DNA of 64,000 nt, from positions 146,742-210,741 of the forward strand of contig NIVC01002033.1 in assembly GCA_002269645.1 (NCBI GenBank), given 5' to 3'. Shown here piece by piece: positions 10,522-22,829 of this stretch. Under the pieces are notes generated by a model. It was given only the letters and a program-made list of their open reading frames with translations. It searched no databases and was not told the origin of the DNA. Both the position numbers and the translations under genes were made by a program. Source of the stretch: Macrostomum lignano. Its lineage: Eukaryota. Position 1 is the first letter of the stretch. The number at the start of each line of letters is the position of its first letter.

Positions 10522-12674
10522 TCTGCACCTGCTAGTTGCTATTCACAGTTTGAGCTTCTGCTTAAACTTTTCTGTCAGCAACTGGGAAAAGTTATAGCAG
10601 GCATATCGCAATTTCCTAATCGTTCCATCATTGGATGCCGGATTCATTGGACGAAATATTTCTGGCAGTTGTTAAATTCAGTCCGGGGTACTTTTTTATA
10701 GCAAACAGTCTAAGGAAATGACTGCTGAGACGCAAGGAGGCCTCAGAATTGGAGCCTACATTCACAAATCTGTTCCCATGCTTCGCACATTGTTGCAGTT
10801 CTGAATGTGCAGTATTTTCTCTCTTTGGATAAAGCATTTTTCTCAGTTTTGTGTAAATAAGAAGCGCTCTTTCCAACATGAAACGTATTAATTAGCGCAG
10901 CTCCACCGATTTTATGAGGAACACGCGTGTCTTCCCTAACATAGCATCTTCTCCAGCAATCAACGAAGACCGGAGGGGTGCTCTATCCTCCAAAGCAGAC
11001 GATGGAGATTACACTTCAATAACTTCAACTTCAACTTCAATAACTGTTCCTGAATCTTCTTGGGCTTCTGCTTCTCTTACTCGAGGCTTCGCGACCCTCG
11101 GGATTCTTTCTGCTCTCACAAGGTCTATGGTATTGGTATACGGCATTGGTATATTCCCACCAGATTTACGGGGCAGAAATGTCACAGAAATCTTCAGTCT
11201 TCATTAGTATCGCTTTTGACTATCGAAATGGGAATTTGGACAATCAAAACGGGACGCCATAGACATTAAAGCCACGCCACAGACTCGGGCCGCTTGGGAA
11301 TACACAACCAGAATGTGGAATGAACAATCAAAATGGGAAAAATCCATTCGCCCAATTTAATGTATTTTTATATCTCAGGGCCACTGGAATATTTAGAATT
11401 GAACAAAGTGTACCGGAAGCAAAACAAAAGTAATTCAGAACTCCTTGAGCGTCTGGAAATAATTTTCATCGAGTTTCTCAACCAATTGAAATGGGCTGTA
11501 AATTACAGAGGGCTGTAAAATCTCAGTCCGATTCCCGTTTTGAATCGCTTCTTTCCATATTGAATTTCCAAAGTTTTAGTCTATGGCCAAGTCTCCCTAA
11601 GTAGACTTTGCTCAAGGAGTTCTATAATTAGGAATTAGGATGCTCATTATGGAACTCCTTGACTTTGCTAAACTGCTTAAGTCCATGACTAGGGTGTGAT
11701 CTGTGGCCTGGCTTGAATGTCTATGGCGTCCTGTTTTGAATGTCCAAATTTCCATTTGATTGTCAAAAGCGACAGCAAATTGGATCATAAACAAAGAGTT
11801 TATTTTTAGAACGGCTGAACTTCAAAGTAATCACGGACTTATTAGATGCTGAGATGAAGATTTCCATTGAAGCCCAAATTCGGGATTCGACATCATCTAA
11901 AAGCCATAGACTAAAACTGCGAAAAATAAAGCTTGGAACTTGGCTAAGTGCTTCTTTTTGCGGGCATTATGGCGGCTACATCATGCTCGATTCGTGTTAT
12001 AAAGAAGACGTCTGCAACTCCGTTATCACGTGACCTCATCAGCCAACTATACTTATGACTAGAAGTTGAAGCTGCAGTTGTTAACGATCCCGACCAGCTG
12101 ATGAGGCTGGCCTGTCACGGCTCCTGTTGTGGCTTCTGACAGGATTAACGCGATCAATTGGTGGAAGAGACAGTTACTCCGAGATCCGCAAGATCTTCAA
12201 GCAAATTGTCCAATTCTGGATTCAATGCGTATAGCTGCATCCAACGCCAGGAACCGGTAATCCAGTCCATCGGTAACACTAGTCTGAGTTGCCAGCAAAG
12301 AAAGATAGAAAGCCCATCTCTTCGCGATGCAAATCTGCTGATATCACCACCAAAGTATGCAGTTCATGTCGAGCAAAGGCATGGCAATTTGCGTCGGATA
12401 AACAACGCAGAGAAATGTTGAAACACGACCCTAAATATACTTCTCTCAACTGACGAGCTGCAAATGAACCAGAAACTCTACCATAGCCTATGAAAATAAT
12501 TCCATAGACTTAACAGTTATCCAATTTATATGTGTGCCAAGAGTTTCAGTCGTATTGACTGGAGTATCCACACTCAGTTTCAGAATATTGGCTCTATAAC
12601 TTGAGCGGATTCTCCTGAGAAAAGCGTACCTTCGAGCAACTTCTCAGTTCAATCATACCAACCTGAGTAAATTC

Positions 12675-12962
12675 TCAGTGTCAGGAGGTGGGCTCATGCT
12701 CAGTGTCAGGAGGTGGGCTCATGCCTCATGCTCAGTGTCAGGAGGTGGCATGTCAGTGTCAGGAGATGGGCTCATGCTCAGTGTCAGGAGGTGGCATGTC
12801 AGTGTCAGGAGATGGGCTCATGCTCAGTGTCAGGAGGTGGCATGTCAGTGTCAGGAGATGGGCTCATGCTCAGTGTCAGGAGGTGGCATGTCAGTGTCAG
12901 GAGGTGGCATGTCAGTGTCAGGAGGTGGCATGTCAGTGTCAGGAGGTGGCATGTCAGTGTCA
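12675..12962. repeat. 21-bp-based minisatellite (CAGTGTCAGGAGGTGGCATGT)n
   Basis: Visible array directly downstream of the paralog B stop codon. Confidence 0.93.
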
Positions 12963-13914
12963 TGAACTGCCTGCCTCAGCACAGCCCCGGCACCAGCTGC
13001 ACCACCACCCGGCCCTGCTGGCTGCCGCTGTTGCCGCCAGTGACGCCGCTGCAGTCGAAGCCGTCGCAGAAGGAGCCGCCGCCCCCTCCTGCGTGGTTCT
13101 GGCCGGTACCTGCGCCACCTCCGCTAAAGCCGCCGCCCGCGCCGCCCGCGCCAATCAGGCCCTCACCGCTGCCGCCGGCGCCGCCGCCTCCGCCGAAGCC
13201 GCCCAAGCCGGTGTTTCCCAGGCCAGCGAGGCCGCCGACCCAGCCTTCGGCAGAGCTGCCGCCGCCGTCTCCGTCATTGGCGCTGCGCCGAGCGTTGACC
13301 GGCTTTCCCAGCCAGCCGGCGCCGCAGCCGCCGTGATTAACCAACCGGAAGGTTTTCTGTGGCCTGTTGGAGCCGGGATTTCCGTCGGCACCGCCGATGC
13401 CCACAGCCACGGCAGCGGCTGTGGAGTCCGTGCCGTTGGGGCCCCGCTGCCCGGCGACTCTTGAAGAGCGACATTTGTCAGTTCCTCATCTACAAGCCAA
13501 CTGCAGTGCGCCTACCTGTGGCATCGATCAGCATTGAGGAACCGTTCGCACCTGACTGGCTGTAGGACGCCCCACCGCCGCCTCCCGCGGCGACCAGAAG
13601 GCGACCGTCGGCGCCGCCGACGAACAAGAAGCTGCCGCCGCCGCCGCCTCCGCCGCAGTCGCCGTTGACGGCCGGTCCGCCGGCCTGACCGACCAAAACC
13701 GACAGCCGGACGCCGGCAGTCAGGTTGAAGCGGCCCGACATCGAGGCTCCGCTACCGCCAGCTGTGCCTGCGAAGCTATTGGAGCCGCCTGCAGCGCCCC
13801 GGGCCTCGATTTGGTAGCAGCCGGTCAGCTCGACTGTCAGCTGCTGGATGGAGCCGCTGCGGCCCGAGCTCGAGTCTGGGAGTCAGTGAGGGTCAGCGGG
13901 GTCAGCTGAGTTGC

Positions 13915-14232
13915 TGTGAGAATGAGCTGGCATGAGAATGAGCTGGTATGAGAATGAGCTGGCATGAGAATGAGCTGGCATGAGAATGAGCTGGCATGAG
14001 AATGAGCTGGCATGAGAATGAGCTGGCATGAGAATGAGCTGGCATGAGAATGAGCTGGGATGAGAATGAGCTGGCATGAGAATGAGCTGGCATGAGAATG
14101 AGCTGGCGTGAGAATGAGCTGGCATGAGAATGAGCTGACATGGGAATGAGCTGGCATGAGAATGAGCTGGCATGAGAATGAGCTGGCATGAGAATGAGCT
14201 GGCATGAGAATGAGCTGGCATGAGAATGAGAA
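13915..14232. repeat. 16-bp minisatellite in intron 2 of paralog B
   Basis: Same unit as 9028-9475. Confidence 0.96.
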
Positions 14233-14584
14233 CTTGGGACTGGACTCACTTGAGAACTCGTGCGTGATGTTGAGCCTCCTCGACTCGATGATGCTGTCGA
14301 TGTCGACCGCCTTTCACACCTCGGCGCCGGCCTCGGATCCCAGCGACCTCCACGCGTGACTGCCCGGCGGTCCGGCAGTCCGCGAGGCGTCCTCGACGAA
14401 GAGCAGCTGGCAGACGCGGCTGGCCCGCAGCAGGCTGACTGCCGCACAGCGCCTCGACCAGCAGCTGAGCAGGCAGTCTTGGATGGAGGCTGAGCTGGGC
14501 TCGCTGATGATGAGGCTGCTGACGGTCGGGTCGAGCAGGACTGGGCCGGAGGAGTTGATGAAGCGGCTGCAGCTGGCGAGCGCC

Positions 14585-15340
14585 TGCGTGAGGGAGGCTG
14601 GGACTGGCGGGGCGGGTTTGGGATGAGCGGATGCGTGAGGGAGGCTGGGACTGGCGGGGCGGGTTTGGGATGAGCGGATGCGTGAGGGAGGCTGGGACTG
14701 GCGGGGCGGGTATGGGATGAGCGGCTGCGTGAGGGAGGCTGGGACTGGCGGGGCGGGTTTGGGATGAGCGGCTGCGTGAGGGAGGCTGGGACTGGCGGGG
14801 CGGGTTTGGGATGAGCGGCTGCGTGAGAAATGCTGGGACTGGCGGGGCGGGTTTGGGATGAGCGGATGCGTGAGGGAGGCTGGGACTGGCGGGGCGGGTA
14901 TGGGATGAGCGGCTGCGTGAGGGAGGCTGGGACTGGCGGGGCGGGTTTGGGATGAGCGGCTGCGTGAGGGAGGCTGGGACTGGCGGGGCGGGTTTGGGAT
15001 GAGCGGCTGCGTGAGAAATGCTGGGACTGGCGGGGCGGGTTTGGGATGAGCGGATGCGTGAGGGAGGCTGGGACTGGCGGGGCGGGTTTGGGATGAGCGG
15101 CTGCGTGAGGGAGGCTGGGACTGGCGGGGCGGGTTTGGGATGAGCGGATGCGTGAGGGAGGCTGGGACTGGCGGGGCGGGTTTGGGATGAGCGGATGCGT
15201 GAGGGAGGCTGGGACTGGCGGGGCGGGTTTGGGATGAGCGGATGCGTGAGGGAGGCTGGGACTGGCGGGGCGGGTTTGGGATGAGCGCCTGCGTGAGGGA
15301 GGCTGGGACTGGCGGGGCGGGTTTAGGATGAGCGGATGCA
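14585..15340. repeat. 47-bp minisatellite in intron 1 of paralog B
   Basis: About 16 units, same unit as 9865-10362. Confidence 0.96.
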
Positions 15341-15955
15341 GGTGGCGACTTAGCAACAGAGCTTTTCAGCTTACCTATCGTCAGCAGGCAGAAACAGGCA
15401 AGAGTTATTGGTGCCATTTTGATTTACAAGATCTTAAATATTTTTCTTAAAAAGCGACTCTTTCCGAAGTAATCCTAGCAACTAAGCTGTTTGATAGAGA
15501 CCATTAATTCAGTGTTAGAATTTTTTCGGCCAAGCCCAAGACTAATCTTCTCAAAGAGACCCCTGACTTTTATGGTGATGCCTCTGTGGTGGGGAAAACT
15601 CAGTTTCACCCCTCATCACATGCTAAAACAGAAGTTGCATACAGATAATTACTTTTAACTTAATTGGCCTTTTCTGAGAGCCTGGGACAGCCCCGCCTGC
15701 CGATAGGTAAAATGCGAATTTTCATTTATCGCTTACTTGGGATCGCTGAGAGGCTTTGAGGGATTGGATGCATTGGCACGAGGCTGTATCTGTGACAGTT
15801 GGGCAATTCGGTTGCCATGGCAACTGCCTACTGAGCACTCAGCTAGGTTATTGTCTCAGCTGGTCATATAAGGTATCGAGGTGTTGAGCTGTAAGAGTAA
15901 AAAGTTAGTTTGATTAATCTTTTTTATTTACTCTGCAAATTTGTAGCTGATAGAC

Positions 15956-15960
<5 letters not shown>

Positions 15961-16028
<68 letters not shown>
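15961..16028. repeat. (GA)n microsatellite
   Basis: Directly visible. Confidence 0.98.
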
Positions 16029-16029
<1 letters not shown>

Positions 16030-16630
16030 GCTAGCGAAGGCGTATTCAGTCCACCAGTGAAGTATGAGACAGGCCAGGCCTATGGGCTACGGTCTGCGAT
16101 GCTTCACGCCTGCCCCTATCTTCAGCAGGTGGGGGTCGGTATGAGGTCTGCACCCCCAGCACTATTAATACAAATTATACTGACACATATACAGACACTG
16201 TCACTATACTACTGACAAGAAATATGCAAGTAGCGTGGTAATTTCTATATGGTACTTCCATATGTACATCTCTCAATATACTAAAACTGACGCGATGCTT
16301 CAGAGGCTCGCTGGCTGTACAATCTCACTCTCTCCAAGCAATGGGGTGGTAGTGGTTGCGTCATCCCCCAAGTTCGGCCTCCAGACTGTATGAAGGCAAT
16401 GCTTTCTATTTCTATTGAAAGTGTAGATGATAAAAGACGCCGTGTCGCGCTTTAGGTGAATGAGGGCAGGGGAGGCGTGGCGGGGACTTAAATATGCGGA
16501 CTTCACTACTTCCAGTATACTGCATGGGTAAAAGTGTCAAGTTTGGCAATACTGAAGCGGCTTGCGAGCGGTAGCTAGTTGAAAAGTAGCAGGCGAGCAA
16601 AAACAGTTTTCCGAGTATATTTGTTAGGGG

Positions 16631-19190
16631 CTACGAGCGTAGTTCTTTATATTCTTTATACGTAGTTCTTGGTCGCAAAACCGGCGTCGGGACTGGGTCG
16701 TCCGCGTCGATGACGACTGGCTTCAGCCTCTCGACTGACACCCGGTCGCGGCGAGTGCCCAGGTCCAGCAGGAAAGCTTTGGCGTCCCGCTCGAGGACCT
16801 TGAACGGGCCGTCGTAAGGTCGCTGCAGTGGAGGGCGGTGGCCGTCGCGCCGGATTAAGACGAACTGGCAGGCGTCGAGGGCGGCGGGCCAGGCGGTGGG
16901 GCGGCTGCCGTGACGAGACGTCAGCGTCGGCCGGAATGCCTGGACGGCACCGCGGAGCCGGGCGGGGAACTGGTCGTGGTCGCCGGGCGGCGGGCTGGGC
17001 TGCAGGCACTCCGCCGGCAGGTCCTCCTTAGGGGCCGTCCGGATGCCAAGCAGCACCCAGGGCAGCTCGCTGACCCAGGCTGGTCCGGCCAGCCGCCCCA
17101 TGAGGCACGGCCCCACCAGGTTGACGTGCACCTGGGCGAAGCGCTGGTCCGGGACGCGGATATTGCCAACCGGGGCGGAGAAGTGCCGCTGCACCGTGGC
17201 CGTCTGACAAGCGACGCAGGACCGGGCCCACCGGCTGACGTCCTTGTTCATGCCGGCCCACACAAACTTGGCGGCCACGAGGCGCCGCGTGCTGCGGATG
17301 GACGGGTGGGCGAGGCCGTGGATGGCATCGAAGACGCTGCGGCGGAAATCCGGTGGCACTAACGGGCGCGACCGGCCCGTGGAGATGTCGCAGAGCAGGG
17401 CGACACCGGGGCTGAACTGCAGCGGGCTCTAGTTGTATGCTGGCGTCGGCCTGACTGGCCGTATCGGGCGCCTGCGCCTGCGCCATTGCCGTAAAATCCA
17501 CTGCACCAAAGAGACCGTGCAGCGGGACAGCGCGTCTGCGACCGAGTTTTCCTTCCGTGCTGGATGTCCGTGGTGAACTCGGACACGTAGGCCAGGTGGC
17601 GCTGCTGCCGGGCGGACCACGGGTCGGACATCTTGGACATGGCGGCGACCAGTGGCTTATAGTCCGTGAAAGCAGCGAATGTGCGGCCCTCGAGGAAATA
17701 GCGAACCGCCGCCAGGTACAAGGCGAGCAGCTCGCAGTCGAACGCGCTGTACTTCTGCTCGGGCGGGCGGAGCTGCCGGCTGAAGAAGGCAAACGGCTGT
17801 CAGGCGCCGCCAACCCGCTGCTCGAGCGCCGCACGGACTGCGGTATTGGAGGCGTCGTATGGCCGCGGGTGCGCCAGCATGGCGGCGGAGGCCAGCGCCC
17901 GCTTCGCTCCGTCGAAAGCGGCGGTCAGCTCGGGCGTCCACCGGACGAACTTCTCCTTGCCGGCCATGGCCGCATGGATGGGGCGCAGCAGCTGGGCGGC
18001 GCGCGGCACGAAGCGGTGGTAGAAATTCACCATGCCGGCGAACTCCTGCAGGCCCTTTAGCGTGCCGCTGGCGACTTTAGCGGGCAGCGGCACGGCCCCT
18101 TGGGCGCTGATCCGGTGGCCGAGGAAGTCGATCTCGCTGCGGCCGAACCCGCACTTTGCCGGATTGACGATAAGGCCGTTGTCGGCCAGGCGCTGGAACA
18201 GCGTCCACAGGTGCTCCAGGTGCTGCTGCGGGCTGCGGCTGGTGACCAGGAAGTCGTCGATGTAGTCGAAAACGAAGTCCAGGTCTTGGCAGACGCAGTA
18301 CACCAGCCAATATTCGGCGTTCTTGAGGCCGAACAGCATTCGCAGGAACTCGAGAAGAGGCCAAACGGGGTGGTGACTGCGGTCTTGGTACGTCAACTGT
18401 GGCCACGGGCACCTGGTGGTAGCCGCGGACCAGGTCGATCTTGGAGAAGATCGAGCAGCCGGCCAGGCGCGCTGAGAAGTCCTGGATGTGCGGCACCGGG
18501 TAGTGGTCGGGCACCATGGCGTCGTTGAGCCGCCTGAAGTCGCCGCGGGGCCGCCAGAGGCCTTTGGCACCATATGCAACGGCGAGGACCACGGGCTGTT
18601 GGACCGGCGCACGATGCCGAGCTGCTCCAGGAGCCGGAACTCCTCCTTGGCCACCGCCAGCTTGTCCGGCGGGCCCTGCGTCGGGATGTGGTGCTCCACC
18701 ACGTGTCGTGGCTCAGCCCGCTGGAAACTGGGCTCGGTGAGGGCGGGGAACTCGGCCAGCAGCCGGTTGTATGGGTCCGCAGCGGCGGCTGCGGCGAGCT
18801 GCAGTCCGGGCCCCGCGCCGTCCAGCAGGTGCACACTGGCGAGCGAGCGGGCGTCCAGGTGGCGTCGGTGCGACAGGTCCACCAGCAGGCCGTGGTGCCG
18901 CAGGAAGTCGGTCAGCCGGCCGGCTGTCCCAGAGCTTGTCCGCCTGCTGCGCTGCTGCCCGGGGGTCCGCGAAACTGACGGTTGTCATGGCCATGCGTAC
19001 CTCCGGTGGCAGCTGTTGGCGGAACAGTTCCTCGAACAGCAGGCAGGGGCGGTGGTTCCCCAGCAGGGCGAGCATCTCGTCTATCAACTCGGACGGCCGC
19101 CGGTCGCCAAGGCCGGACATGCTGAGCAGGCGGCTGGCCCGCTGCTGAGGAGTCAAATCGAAAGTGCTGTTGAGGCGCTCCTTTAGCTGG
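16631..19190 (-). mobile_element. Decayed, internally deleted Ty3/Gypsy retrotransposon (gag, RT, RNase H and integrase fragments)
   Basis: gag LGDRRPSELIDEMLALLG; RT SPWSSPLHMVPK, DFRRLN..VPDHYPVPHIQD, DYIDDFL, EIDFLGHRI; RNase H YDASNTAV; integrase AIHGLAHPSIR..WARSCVAC and PLQRPYDGPFKVL. Many frameshifts, the integrase core is deleted, and no LTRs were seen. Confidence 0.9.
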
Positions 19191-19849
19191 ACGGAAATGG
19201 ACGGTAAGAATTCGTTAACTGTTAGAAATGGAAATGTTTGGTCAGAGATAACAGGGAAATTATGTGAATACGAGTCTGCTGACCATTGGATAGCCGTGGT
19301 AGTGTCTAATGCCTAAGGTGTTTGACCTAGCCGATGGGCTGGAAGGCCGGGGAGTAGTCTGGTCGCTAGCGGTCCCCCTCCTGATGTCGGGTCAGCCTTG
19401 AGGGTTCTTTTGGCCTACTGCCCGCCTGGTCAGGTGGAGCGGCAAAGAGGGTACTGCGCCCCCTCGAGGGTAGCCCACCAACATTTATCATGGCCTTCGA
19501 ACCGACTAAGGATAAAAAAGCTTTACCTAGGGAAGGGGACCCTTCTAAACCCCAACCTCAGTCCGAAGGATCGGCCGGCTCTGCTGGCAGATCCAACGGG
19601 AGCCATCGAAACCAAGGTGCGGGGGCCAAAGCGGCGGCGCCCATCAAGGGTGATGAAGCAACCGGCTCCTCGAAGCAAACAGACGGGACGGTCGGTGGAG
19701 GCTCCAGCAGTTCAGCGGCGGCGCTCCCTGGAGATGCTGCTGCGACTGCTGAGGTTGAAACCAAGGCGCGGCAAATGACCACGACCAACAAAGAGATTCC
19801 TTCTCGAGCTACCTTTGCCACAAAGGCCAGAATCTAGAAGACCAGGACT

Positions 19850-20437
<588 letters not shown>

Positions 20438-21377
20438 ACTCAGGGTAAGACTGCGATGTGCTGATTAGACCAGCTGTATTGTGGTAGTGTGGTACAATTC
20501 CTCGAGATTTCGCTCTCTCCAGCCAGTCTCAAAATTCTGCCACCCTCCCCAGATCTGTCATATATGAAACTCTGATATTGATGAAGGTCAAAAATAATCA
20601 GTCAAGTCGAGAAATGAATGCCGTGGAAACAAAGTCAGAACTATCAAGAAGTTTGTCTGCAGCTCCAGCAGCGAAAAGAATTTCAAAGGAAAGGGCTGAC
20701 CCCTACCAAGTGGCCAAAGGAACCGTGAACAGAGCTAACATACACATTGACCTGTTTTAGGAGTTGCATGCGTTTATCTTTGGTGTGCAGGACCTGGGGC
20801 ATCCCGGGAGAGGTCAGTGCCAATGCCAATCAGACCCAAGGTTGTCTCCAATGAGTCCCAGGGCCTTCTGAAAGGCGTGCGGCATCGACCACCAATAGAC
20901 TGCACTCTGTACTTCTCAGCGCAATTGTCATGCAGTAAAACAGTATCTGAACTGTTGCACTGAACTGTCATTTAAACAGAGATGCCTTTGTTGCCATCTC
21001 TGTCCATTCCAGTGAGCGCAATCGCTAGTGTTTGGGAGTGAAGTTCAAAAATATCCCTGAGCCGGAATAAAATTCCTTTTTTGACTTCTCATTTCACATC
21101 ATTTATGCCACACCCGTTAGTCACAATTACCTGAGAGACTGTCATTAAGCTAGCGAAGTGTCAATCAAAGTCATAAAAAGGTCATAAGAGTCAATTAGAC
21201 TATTCAGCTGCATACACTTGCACTGACAAAACTCGGTGAGACACACTTTTGATTGCTTAGCTGTCATGAAGCAAAAATTGCTGCCTAATCTTCACAGACA
21301 AGCAAGCCATGCAGTCTCTGCTCCGCCCTGCTCACATGAAGGCTTTCAACTCAACCACCATCGCCGCTCCGACCGGA

Positions 21378-21405
21378 AACACGTGCCAATCCGATGTGCA
21401 TAAAT
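21378..21405 (+). promoter_or_regulatory. Compact promoter motif cluster (CCGGAAA ETS-like, CACGTG E-box, CCAAT, CATAAA TATA-like)
   Basis: CCGGAAACACGTGCCAATCCGATGTGCATAAA about 85-110 nt upstream of the ATG, identical in both gene copies. The motifs are short. Confidence 0.45.
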
Positions 21406-21485
21406 TCGCATCTGACGACTGCTCAAGATAACAAGCTCAGACTCGACTCAGCTCAAACACTCGAATCGATCCTACTCAAGCAATC

Positions 21486-21674
21486 ATGAAGTGGCAACTC
21501 GCTCTCGGACTTTTGCTGTGCGCAGCCCTGGCTGTCGCCGTGCCCACCCAGGAGGAGAAGGCTGAGGCCATGGCCGTTCTGGAGGCTCTGTCCAACGTGG
21601 ACGAGTCCAGCATGTCGGAGGAGGCCGTCGACAACGCCAAGAAGTTCGTCAGGGTCAGGGTTAGGCTTGGTTAA
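21486..21674 (+). CDS. Secreted prepropeptide, 62 aa: signal peptide + acidic pro-region + KK + FVRVRVRL-G (amidated peptide precursor), copy A
   Basis: MKWQLALGLLLCAALAVA signal peptide, E/D-rich spacer, dibasic site and terminal Gly before TAA. GC-rich codon usage, ATCATG start context, duplicated. Confidence 0.88.
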   Translation: MKWQLALGLLLCAALAVAVPTQEEKAEAMAVLEALSNVDESSMSEEAVDNAKKFVRVRVRLG

Positions 21675-22487
21675 ATGCTACCGCAGCCACACCTGACATC
21701 CAGCTCACTTTACCGAAGCTTGAGACTCGCTGGCACTGACGACAACTCACAAATGACCTTTGAACTTTGAATCCCGACCGCAAAATCACGGTTGTATTGA
21801 CTGATCCGTTTTACAAAATATACCATCGAGAACACAGATTAAGATCTCAGCAGCACCTTAAGCTTTGTCTTATTGAACATTTTCAATTTCGCCAAGTCGC
21901 CAGTCCAGTCTTTGCGTAGTGAACTGATACTTGTGCTTATTTGAAGATAATAATTTATTGTAACTCAGTTACTACTGGAACGTTTTGTGATTTGCTAAAT
22001 CTCCTTATTAACGGCTACAAAGCATTGGGGAAAAAGTATAATGCAGGAAGAATGCGTCGCCGGCAAGTCTAGTGCTCCCGAGCGCAAAATAGTGGCGTTG
22101 CGTAAGGCAGTGGTGGTCGACACCGTCAAGCAGTATTGCGCTAAGACACAGGAAGCTCTGACTAACTCCCTGGATCAGCTACGAGTAGTTGACGCATTTC
22201 ACACTGAGGTATAGTGCCATACATGCAAGAACAGTCACGGTTCTACGGTTCGTCGACAGCCCGGGCTCTGAGCTTCATTATCTGTATTTCGTGCGGCCGA
22301 GAGATTCCCAGCGTGTTTTGGACCTGAGTAAGACATTTTAGATTGGGGATTGTCAGTTTTGCAATGAACGGAAGGTGACAAGCAGCTTTATTTATGAGAT
22401 AGATATTTTATGAGACGCTTAACACTCCTACCCAATAGTCCTTGGTACCGTCCAAGAATTCATAATAGTAAAATGTTCTCCGGAAGC

Positions 22488-22810
22488 GCCGGAGTGTTTC
22501 TGCGGATGTATTCGACAGCGCAGCATGTAACGTGTCCCTCGGCCCATTTTTTCCGGAGTGTTTCTGCCGATGTAGTCGACTGCGCAGCATGTAACATGTC
22601 CATCGGCCCATTTACTGCCGGAGTGTTTCTGCCGATGTAGTCGACTGCGCAGCATGTAACATGTCCCTCGGCCCATTTACTGCCGGAGTGTTTCTGCCGA
22701 TGTAGTCGACAGCGCAGCATGTAACATGTCCATCGGCCCATTTACTGCCGGAGTGTTTCTGCCGATGTAGTCGACTGCGCAGCATGTAACATGTCCCTCG
22801 GCCCATTTAC
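22488..22810. repeat. 65-bp tandem repeat, about 5 copies
   Basis: Unit start GCCGGAGTGTTTCTG recurs at 22617, 22682 and 22747. Confidence 0.95.
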
Positions 22811-22829
22811 TTTAGGCGTCAACGAGTTA

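Larger units (their letters stand above)
12976..15417 (-). pseudogene. PAN/Apple-like + ALK/LTK-type glycine-rich-domain gene, paralog B, with premature stop
   Basis: Exons 15417-15375 (MAPITLACFCLLTI), 14597-14250, 13875-13516 and 13457-12976; all junctions are phase 1 and GT-AG; 410 aa if repaired. TGA at 14316-14314 corresponds to TGG (Trp) at 9599-9597 in paralog A. Confidence 0.75.
21156..21910 (+). repeat. Segmental duplicate copy A (peptide-precursor locus)
   Basis: Homologous to 23902-24625. Near-identical up to 21710, then visibly diverged. Confidence 0.92.

Noticed and set aside
12097-12150. CTGATGAG as a hammerhead ribozyme core
   Set aside because: There is no closing stem II followed by GAAA.
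16656-19148. Numerous overlapping GC-rich ORFs on both strands
   Set aside because: These are alternative-frame and antisense shadows of the decayed Gypsy pol/gag.
22488-22810. Regular 65-bp repeats as a CRISPR array
   Set aside because: The units are contiguous and near-identical with no unique spacers, there are no cas genes, and the context is eukaryotic.
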